Shown here in pieces: positions 55,616 through 64,000 of a stretch of 64,000 bases of DNA. The position numbers and the translations under genes were made by a program. The stretch lies in contig NC_043003.1 of NCBI RefSeq assembly GCF_006345805.1, positions 56,606,001-56,670,000 of the forward strand. Direction: 5' to 3'. Position 1 is the first letter of the stretch, and each line of letters opens with the position of its first letter. Below the pieces are notes generated by a model, which saw only the letters and a program-made list of their open reading frames with translations, was not told the origin of the DNA and searched no databases. This DNA comes from Octopus sinensis (Eukaryota).

Positions 55616-55620
<5 letters not shown>
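55147..55620 (-). mobile_element. Foldback hammerhead element (~105 bp inverted arms around a ribozyme-containing loop)
   Basis: Arms 55223-55327 and 55509-55613 are near-perfect reverse complements; (AT)n on both sides; hammerhead in the loop. Confidence 0.8.
55350..55446 (-). ncRNA. Type I hammerhead ribozyme, fully canonical
   Basis: Minus strand: CTTTA-CTGATGA-GGTGT-(structured insert)-ACACC-GAAAC-GATGCATC-GTC-TAAAG. Stem I 5 bp, stem II 5 bp plus extension, stem III is the 12-nt palindrome ACGATGCATCGT; cut predicted between 55355 and 55354. Confidence 0.9.
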
Positions 55621-55699
<79 letters not shown>

Positions 55700-55734
55700 G
55701 TGCATATAAATATACATATATATGTGTGTGTGTG

Positions 55735-56005
55735 AGAGAGCCCCTTCGCTCACGAATGACCATGGGATTGCACCTAGAAATTTACGCTCCGAGGCACAAA
55801 TCCGGCAAGGTTTTATATTGAAGATCAGCTGTCGCCCACGCATACCAACCCCGCCTCAGCACGCCGCCGATGTCAGCCAATAGAAAGGCAACTCCTTTCT
55901 ACAGCTGAGTGACTGGATCATCATGAAATAAAGTGTCTTGCTCAAGAACACAGCACGCAGCCCGGTCGGGTCGTAAATTCGAGGCTCTAACCAGTGCGTC
56001 TTCAC
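55735..56005 (-). mobile_element. SINE family C (tRNA-derived), with relatives at 7845-7945 (-) and 54026-54200 (+)
   Basis: Shared GAAATAAAGTGTCTTGCTCAAGAACAC segment and tRNA-like head (GTGGCTTAGTGGTTAG...GTTTCGATTCC in the 54.0 kb copy). Confidence 0.65.
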
Positions 56006-56034
56006 GCATATATATATATATTCATTCAATATGT

Positions 56035-56240
56035 GACCGCGTGTGTATTGTTGACGATTTATCTCCCTCCGTCTTCCCTTCCTTGGATCTTACTTTACCT
56101 ATTTTTCTAACGAAGAGCTCCGCTCTAAACGCTAAATCCTCTTTCTTTCTTTCCTTTCCTGAGCGTCCAATAACACTATACTTGTTCCATGCGCTCGCGT
56201 TCTGTTTTCTCTTTGTATTTTCATGTTGGGTTGGAAACTA
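56035..56240 (+). mobile_element. Diverged copy of the minimal-hammerhead short element
   Basis: TTTT-CTAACGA-A-GAGC-TCC-GCTC-TAAAC-GCT-AAAT (56102-56137), then TTCCTGAGCGTCCAATAACAC. Confidence 0.55.
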
Positions 56241-56438
56241 CTATGTGGACACCATTATGCTACAAATAGATCCGCTACGGTCTTACCACTGGTTTACCTC
56301 TAATATGTATATAATAAAATTTTACTGAACCTTCAGGTTTTTAAATGCTAGACCGCTTCTGTGAAATCGATGTTAATTAAATTAATATCTAATTTCTCAC
56401 CCGCATTTAAAATTTAAATTTTTATATATATATATATA

Positions 56439-56830
56439 AAGGAGTGGCTGTGTGATAAGTAGCTTGTTTACCAACCACATGGTTCCGGGTTCAGTCCCAC
56501 TGCGTGGCACCTTGGGCAAGTGTCTTCTACTATTGCCTCGGGCCGACCAAAGCCTTGTGAGTGGATTTGGTAGACGGAAACTGAAAGAAGCCTTTCGTAT
56601 ATATATATATGCGTGTGTGTTGTGTGTCTGTGTTTGTATCCCTAGCATTGCTTGACAACCGATGCTGGTGTGTTTATGTCCCCGTTATTTAGCGGTTCGG
56701 CAAAAGAGACCGATAGAATAAGTACTGGGCTTACAAAAAGAATAAGTCCCGGGGTCGAGTTGCTCGATTAAAGGCGGTGCCCCAGCATGGCCGCAGTCAA
56801 ATGACTGAAACAAGTAAAAGAATAAAAAGT
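56439..56830 (+). mobile_element. SINE family B (tRNA head, CCTTGGGCAAG CORE-like domain, CR1-type tail), full-length
   Basis: GGAGTGGCTGTGTGATAAG head, GGTTCAGTCCC B-box-like, internal microsatellite, tail GGTGCCCCAGCATGGCCGCAGTCAAATGACTGAAAC. Confidence 0.85.
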
Positions 56831-57192
56831 ATAGAAATCGAGGGATCGAGGTGTAGGAAAAAAGTTAGTTTCAAGCAATCCGAGCAATCCGTAGTATATA
56901 TAAAAACAACTTTGGTTCTATAGTGGTCTATTAAGTCGAAGTTAGTGGATTTTTCCTTATTAAAGTACGGCATTCTGATTCAAACATCCATGTGTTAACA
57001 TGTACCAACTTGCGACAATGTAAATTGTCGTTTAATCAAGATATCCCTGGCCTGAAGTGTATCCTGCGGTATAAACCTCACTTGGATATTTACCACTTGC
57101 GTACTTTTATTTTCTCTCTCTGGACCACGTCTATACTGTGACACTATCTTTATACGTTCTAGGTAGTTATGTACCCGACAGTAGATTATCCA

Positions 57193-57223
<31 letters not shown>

Positions 57224-57226
<3 letters not shown>

Positions 57227-57592
57227 TTAATAAACAGGGTTCAGCAAAGATTTGCTTTACCACATACCGAAGTTTTGAAATAGCAGCCAAAAAACGTTAG
57301 CTATTTCTTCTACTTTAAAAAGGGGTCCTATGCTGAAGAGGAAAACGGTTGGTAAAGTATTTTTCTATATTCTTTATTCCAACCTAATTCCGAAATGCGC
57401 GTCCATAGGTGACCAGATATTGATTGATTTTCGTTACTTTTCCTCTCTGCCTGTGTGGATTGTTTTCAAGTATTTTGGTTTTTCTGGGACTCCCTTTTTA
57501 AAGTAGAAGAAATAGCTAACGTTTTTTGGCTGCTATTTCTAAACTTCGGTATGTGGTAAAGCAAATCTTTGCTGAACCATATTTATTAAGTA
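57224..57592 (+). mobile_element. Foldback hammerhead element (101 bp inverted arms; superficially MITE-like)
   Basis: Arms 57224-57324 and 57492-57592; hammerhead in the interior; the left arm abuts (AT)n; a second family copy lies at 13998-14268. Confidence 0.8.
57327..57409 (+). ncRNA. Type I hammerhead ribozyme, intact core
   Basis: CCTATG-CTGAAGA-GGAA-...-TTCC-GAAA-TGCGC-GTC-CATAGG. Stem I 6 bp; stem II extended by GGTTGG/CCAACC and TAAAG/CTTTA; stem III ATGCGCGT (one G-U; the 14.2 kb copy has ACGCGCGT); cut predicted after 57403. Confidence 0.85.
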
Positions 57593-59464
57593 TGAAATGG
57601 TCCTTTTTCCATGCCGAATTCTACTTGGTGAAATTATTGATTACTTCTTAATTAATTAATTTTACCCTTTGTTATTATATATATATATATATATATTCAC
57701 GGGTGACTTCAAATCCTGGAGCAAACTGTGAGTTGTGTGTTCCTGAGTAACAAAAAAATTTTCATCTGACTTAGTTCTGTGGTCTCCTTCACAGCCGATG
57801 TGAGGCACACCGTGCATATGATCAACCAACGTGGATTTGACGGAGAGAATAAGCTAATGTACAACAAAAATTATGTAAACAAACTTCTTTGTGGCGGGGA
57901 GCGACAATGTGTTTCATATTCTGAGTCTCGTGTGCGAGTCCCGTGGCTGTCTACCGTCAACTTCTTCCGTCTTGTAAGGGTATGATGCCCAAACTTTATG
58001 CTGTATAGTGTATGCGAAATACTACTTTCTTGTCAGTATAATACAGCACAAATATTCTATTACTGTAAACAACACATTTCTTCAGTTTTTTCGGCAAAGA
58101 ATGGAGAAACCATATTTCTCGTTCTACGTGAGAATACTACATACATATATTTTCTCAAAACGAAGTGCCCAAGGTTAAAGTATATAATTGCTTTTGGACT
58201 CACCGATTTGTCATGAATACACACGCTTACAAGCACATACACAAGCTTCCTGGCAGTTTCCGTCTAGTAGATTTCATACAAAAGTCTTTAGTAACAACAC
58301 CATAATAGAAGATATTTGCCCAATCGTCCGAGCGCTGAAATCCAACGTTGATCCAAGCGTTTGCGTAACGAGCTTATTAGCAACACATTTATGTTTGTTC
58401 TCATATTAAACTTTAGGATCCAGAAATATATAGGATTTTTTTTATGTTGTCACAATCTAGGATTTCCACTTCAATTTTCACCTAAATGCATCAAAATTCA
58501 TTCAACTGGAAGAATGATATTTTATTAGAATTCTTCGCAAATAGATAAATAAATACAAATAATAAAAAATATATCATTTAACCACACCTGGATGGGTTTG
58601 ATTCAGTTTACGGCTGCCTACCCCACTTAGGTATGTGAGTCATAAATATATTAAAGGAAGGAAAATATATGTGTATTCGAAAGGGAGAGAGAGGGGGGAG
58701 AGAAGGAGAGTGTGAGTTAGGGAGAAGAAAAGAAAGAGAGAGACAGAGTTATAAAAGGAGAGAGAAATGAGAAAGAGAAAGACAAGAACGAAAATTATGC
58801 TGTAATTTTTGGCGTTTCATTTCAAGGTTGTTGACGCAAGACAGAGCTAAAAAGAAAATTTTAAAATAGGTAAACTTCGCGAGAAAGAAAAGTAGTCGTC
58901 AAACAACGAAGGCAACCTCCATTTGATAGCTCAAGCACCTCATAAAATATATACATAAACAAACACATTGAAAATATATAAGGGTAAGGGTTGGAACAAT
59001 GCGAGAACATATGAAGTAAACTACAAAAAGAAAACAAAACAAATCAGGGTTGGAGTTTAACCTTATATTTCTCTAATTCGGGTCTATGTCCCTTTTTTCG
59101 GGACCTGTAGAAAAAAGCAAAGAATGGAATAGGTCGGTTCAACTTAAGAGATGAGATGAAACAGAACAAATTTAATATTAGCAATTGGGACAATGAAATC
59201 ACAAAGATAATGACAAACACATATACATAAAGGGAATTTAAGAAAAGAAACCGCAGGTAAGTATTGGTCCCTACGTACGTTTCTCCATTGCAGATATTTG
59301 GAACTCACAATTGCTTATTTCCGCCACTTCTGGCTGCTTCACGGCCGTGGATCGTTGCGGGTGCTTATTCTGGTATTTTGTTGCATAGATATAATGTCGG
59401 AAATTAGACATACGGTGATGTATTGTATACGTATTTAGGGAAGAAGAAACCTCCACACACAAGC

Positions 59465-59513
<49 letters not shown>

Positions 59514-59661
59514 AATATAAGAGAGTGGTCACTATATGGCTCACTCTAGCACCAGTTAATCCAAAAGGTTTCAACCACAAAAATACATGTTTCCCATGAA
59601 AGTCAGTACGATTGTTAGCTCACACGGACAGGGCAAATAAAAAATAACAAAAATACAGATT

Positions 59662-59745
59662 ATTTTGGGACAATTGTTTCGCTATTAATGAATTAAATGT
59701 AATTTTACTTACAAAAAAATCCACTTGTAGCTCCTCAGCCAAAAC
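59662..59745 (-). ncRNA. Type I hammerhead ribozyme, intact core (inverted copy of the 60.2 kb motif)
   Basis: The minus strand reads GTTTTGG-CTGAGGA-GCTA...TAGC-GAAAC-AATT-GTC-CCAAAAT. Stem I is a fully paired 7 bp; cut predicted between 59669 and 59668. Confidence 0.88.
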
Positions 59746-60207
59746 TATCTGGATGAAATCTACTCAATCACACGCCAGATTTTACCATAACGATAAATAC
59801 GCGTGAACAATCGTACTGACTTTCATGGGAAACATGTATTTTTGTGGTTGAAACCTTTTGGATTAACTGATGCTAGAGTGAGCCATATAGTGACCACTCT
59901 CTTATATTTATTTTGTAAAAATATTATAATATATTATAATATTATAATAATCCAGGTTTCTCGGAGCACTAGGCCACTTGGTGTTGAATAGATATACTAT
60001 TAAATTATATCTAATTATCTCACCCTTATTAATTAATTATAATTATGCTGCATTTATTTCTAAATGCTGTATTGTTTTCCGTGAAGGTTTGGCGCGCTGT
60101 TAGTAGGGGCATTTGAATTATAACGTCGGATGTAATCAATTGAACCACACGCGTATTTATCGTTATGGTAAAATCTGGCGTGTGATTGAGTGGATTTCAT
60201 CCAGATA

Positions 60208-60291
60208 GTTTTGGCTGAGGAGCTACAAGTGGATTTTTTTGTAAGTAAAATTACATTTAATTCATTAATAGCGAAACAATTGTCCCACAAT
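60208..60291 (+). ncRNA. Type I hammerhead ribozyme, intact core
   Basis: Stem I GTTTTGG (60208-14)/CCACAAT (60285-91, one mismatch); CTGAGGA 60215-21; stem II GCTA/TAGC closing an extended hairpin; GAAA 60273-76; palindromic stem III ACAATTGT; GTC cleavage triplet, cut predicted after 60284. Confidence 0.88.
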
Positions 60292-60547
60292 AATCTGTAT
60301 TTTTGTTATTTTTTATTTGCCCTGTCCGTGTGAGCTAACAATCGTACTGACTTTCATGGGAAACATGTATTTTTGTGGTTGAAACCTTTTGGATTAACTG
60401 GTGCTAGAGTGAGCCATATAGTGACCACTCTCTTATATTTATTTTGTAAAAATATTATAATATATTATAAAATATTATAATAATCCAGGTCTCTCGGAGC
60501 ACTAGGCCACTTGGTGTTGAATAGATATACTAATTCTCTCACCCTTA

Positions 60548-60582
<35 letters not shown>

Positions 60583-60583
<1 letters not shown>

Positions 60584-61469
60584 TGTTGTGTCTGGGGAGA
60601 GTAATTTTCTTTCTGTGCCTTATAATGTAATACACTCACCGTTAAAATTACCATTTTTTTCTTATTTTTATTTTCCTAAAATTTCCGTTGCGTCTTGCAA
60701 CCTTTTCAATAGTTTTAACTCTGACGATTATTTACACTGTGTTCCCTTTTGTTTGTTTGTGCGCTTGTGTGTGCCTATACATGCATGGATGTACGTATGT
60801 ATGTATGTATGTATGTATGTATGTATGTATGTATGTATGTATGTATGTATGTACGTATGTATGCGTGCGTTTGCATGTGTATGTATGTATATATGTGTGT
60901 GTGTATGCATATGTATATATGTATGGGTGTGCATCTGTATGTACGTGTCCTGCATATTTATGTGCTTGCATCTCCATGTTTGTGTATTTTCAATGTATAT
61001 GTGTTTGAGCATGTATTTGTATATGTATGCACCTCTGTCTCCTTGTTTGTGCACGTCTGTGTGTGTGTTATGCAACTATGTACCATGTTTGTATGCATGG
61101 ATGTGCATCTTTATATGTGTTGATCCATATGTGTCTGTTCTCGTAACCTTTGTACCTATCCGTCTGTGTGTTGATCTGTTTATTTTCATTTTTTTCTGTA
61201 TGTAAGCATATAGATATGAAAATTAGCAGATCAACACATAGACGGATAGGTACAAAGGTTACAAGAACAGACACATATAAAGATGCACATCCATGCATAC
61301 AAACATGGTTCATAGTTGCATAACACACACACATGCACACACAATGAGACAGAGATGCATACATATACAAACACATGATCACACATATACATTGAAAATA
61401 CACAAACACAGGGATGCAAGCACATTAATATGCAGGATACGTACATATAGATGTACACACATACATACA

Positions 61470-61503
<34 letters not shown>

Positions 61504-61793
61504 CATATGCACACAGCCACATATATACATACATACACATGCAAACACACACATAAATACATACGTACATGCATGCATGTATAGGCACACACACACACTG
61601 ACCCACACACATACGCACAAACAAACAAAAGTGAACGCTGTGTATATAACGGACAGAGTGAAGACTATTGAAAAGGTTGCAGGACTCAACGAAAATTTAG
61701 GAAAATAAAAATGAGAAAAAAGTGGAAATTTTACCGGTGAGTGTGTTATATTATAAGGCACAAAGAGAAAATGACTATCCCCAAACACAACAG
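60583..61793. repeat. 1.2 kb foldback element (arms ~610 bp, diverged) with internal AC/GT-rich repeats
   Basis: CTGTTGTGTCTGGGGAGAGTAATTTTCT at the left end matches AGAAAATGACTATCCCCAAACACAACAG at the right end; arms alignable up to the centre near 61203. Confidence 0.85.
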
Positions 61794-61874
61794 AATATGC
61801 TTCAACACACGAACTCATATAAAGAATCTTGCAAACCAAATCCCAAAACGAAATATATATATATATATATATAA

Positions 61875-61953
<79 letters not shown>

Positions 61954-61956
61954 ACC

Positions 61957-61987
<31 letters not shown>

Positions 61988-62820
61988 TACATACATACAT
62001 GAATACAAATAAAAGACAGAAGATGGAATATATGAGTATATATCATAAATCACAACAATTGTTTCGACATACTCCTCTTGTGTGTCTACATCTCGACTCT
62101 TATATACATACATAATGCACACATATATACATAGGTGCATGTACATTCATACATACATACATACTTACATACATACATAATGTGCGAGCGAAATTTTTTT
62201 TATTCTTATCCGTGACATCATATTTCTTACATCAGGATAGGTTACATTTGTTTCTGTGGAAGCAAATGAAATTATTTCTTGATTAATAAAACATGCAAGG
62301 AAAATTTGAATCCTGCAGTAATTTAATATTGTGTTTCCGGGGAAAAAATTTCCTTCATATTGTCTCGAATATTCTCCACATGAAATCTAGTTAAAGTGTT
62401 TTGTGCAGTTGTCACTTTTTATACAAATTGTCGTCGCTCGTTATCATATTTTCATATCTCATAAATATAGGTCACGGCAATTATATTTATGCTTGACTTG
62501 AAAGTAAGACAACTTGGAGTTTCTCAGAGTTACAAGCCACAAATGTATAGGAAAAATGAAATGAAAAACAATCAGTGATGGCGTTTTTATACACCAAACT
62601 GATAAAGTTTTTATGAACACCCAAATACAGTTTCTTAAAACTTGTAACGTCTTACAGCGTAAAGAAGAAACAAAAATCATTCGTTAACGTCATCGTTATG
62701 AGTAATTGTAAGAAATTGTGGCAAATCTCGGAAATATATAAAAGCCTTCCTAAAATACTTCAGGAAACGTCGTGGAAGAAAAAAGAAAGCACATGAGCAA
62801 TACATATAACAACAATACAT

Positions 62821-63038
62821 ATTTCTTTACTACCCACAAGGGGCTAAACACAGAGAGGACAAACAAGGACAGACAAACGATAATTCGACCCCATTGTGTA
62901 ACTGGTACTTATTTAATCGACGCCGAAAGGATGAAAGGCAAAGTCGACCCCGGCGGAATTTGAACTCAGAACGTAGCGGCAGACGAAATACCGCTCAGCA
63001 TTTCGCCCAGCGTGCTACCGATTCTGCCAGCTCGCCGC
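62821..63038 (-). mobile_element. SINE family A
   Basis: Same head, core and tail, with a small internal deletion. Confidence 0.85.
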
Positions 63039-64000
63039 ATAATAAAATGGAGAATAGTTATGACTCGGTAATTAATGCTAGAAGTCTTTGGCAGTTACTC
63101 CGAGATGGGATCTTGGAAGATGACACAACTTCGCTGCACTAGAGATGAAGGTTGAATGTTGCGGATCCAATGATTTTTATCCTTGCACTGTATTCATGTT
63201 TATTCACTCTCATACATACACATACACTCATACACAAACATATAGATATCATATATGTATGTACCCATCTACCAATTTCCCCGTCGATATAAATACAAAC
63301 ACACACACACACATAGTGAAATAGAAGGACAACATGACAGCAGAAAAACAGACAGTAAGATAGTCAGAGAGACAGCTAAAAAGGAGAGAGATAAAAAGTG
63401 TCGAGATGTAGACAAAATTATCAGTATCTGCGTATACATACTCATTCATGTATCATCTATACTTTTACTAACACATTCATGCGTATTCATACATATATAC
63501 ATACGTAGAAGATCGTATTCATATACACTTGCATGTATGTACAAATACAAACATGTATATATACACACATACATGAATACATAGATAAAATATTTATTTA
63601 TATATATATGTAGAGGGAAGGAGATAAAGAGGTAGAGCTAGGAAGAGACATAGGTAGAGAGAGGGTTGGTTAGTTGGATTTTTAATGGGTGGATGAAGAG
63701 AGTTTGATAAGGAAGTAAATAATAGATAGTTTGATGCTATAGATAAAAGGATGGTTGTTCGCATGAACGTGATATAAAACGTGGGATGGCTGTAAGGATA
63801 GGGGTGATGTGACGAATGGATGGACACCACACGGTGTAAGGCAGGTTAAATTCGGTGTTGTTTGACACGTGACACAAGGGATATTAACAGGCAAGCTTAG
63901 ATATCTAGGAAAATAGTATTAAAGCAGGAACCAAACGCAAGTTGTTTGTCACTTGGGATTGAAGCGTGCTGTTGGCTTTCTTGCCTACAGGACCATCTGT

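Larger units (their letters stand above)
59508..60554. mobile_element. ORF-less hammerhead element with Penelope-type architecture: inverted copy, partial direct repeat, then a ~520-530 nt unit
   Basis: 59508-59805 is the reverse complement of 60148-60445 (near identical). 59806-~60035 is a direct repeat of 60337-60554 (offset 531). (AT)n tracts lie on both sides and there is no meaningful ORF. Confidence 0.85.

Noticed and set aside
57224-57592. Classification of the 57.2, 55.2 and 16.2 kb inverted-arm elements as DNA-transposon MITEs
   Set aside because: No shared terminal motif or clear TSD, a one-armed copy exists at 14 kb, and the interiors hold hammerhead motifs.
57686-57980. Possible Tc1/mariner end (CACGGGTGACTTC)
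   Set aside because: No second TIR or transposase motif found.
59111-59257. Exon candidate ending in a perfect CAG|GTAAGT donor
   Set aside because: All three frames contain stops from the plausible acceptors, so it could only be non-coding, and there is no support for that.
61231-62046. Longest ORFs in the track (271 aa here; also 60588-61205, 10107-10541, 28568-29065, 31169-31630)
   Set aside because: They are translations of stop-poor AT/AC/GT microsatellites (YI, CV and HT repeats) with no coding signal.

Overview
AT-rich, microsatellite-saturated eukaryotic non-coding DNA. The repeat content looks like an octopod cephalopod genome (inferred from recalled repeat families, not verified). 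No intact protein-coding gene, rRNA, true tRNA or CRISPR array is supported, and nearly all ORFs in the supplied track are translations of (AT)n/(AC)n/(TATC)n/(AAT)n tracts. The window contains many tRNA-derived SINE copies (about three families), 3' fragments of CR1, RTE and R4/Dong-like (RLE) LINEs, a Penelope coding remnant, two Helitron-type ends, and a 2.27 kb TSD-bounded ORF1-only (gag/CCHC) Tx1/L1-like element that splits a SINE. The main signal is a set of ORF-less elements, unrelated to each other in sequence, that each carry a type I hammerhead ribozyme with a palindromic stem III. They sit in foldback (inverted-arm) architectures next to (AT)n tracts. Catalytic cores are intact at 32844-32916 (+), 55350-55446 (-), 57327-57409 (+), 59662-59745 (-) and 60208-60291 (+), and about ten further decayed copies or relatives are present. 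They look like a diversified set of Penelope-derived, retrozyme-like non-autonomous elements. All structures and translations were worked out by eye and need computational confirmation.
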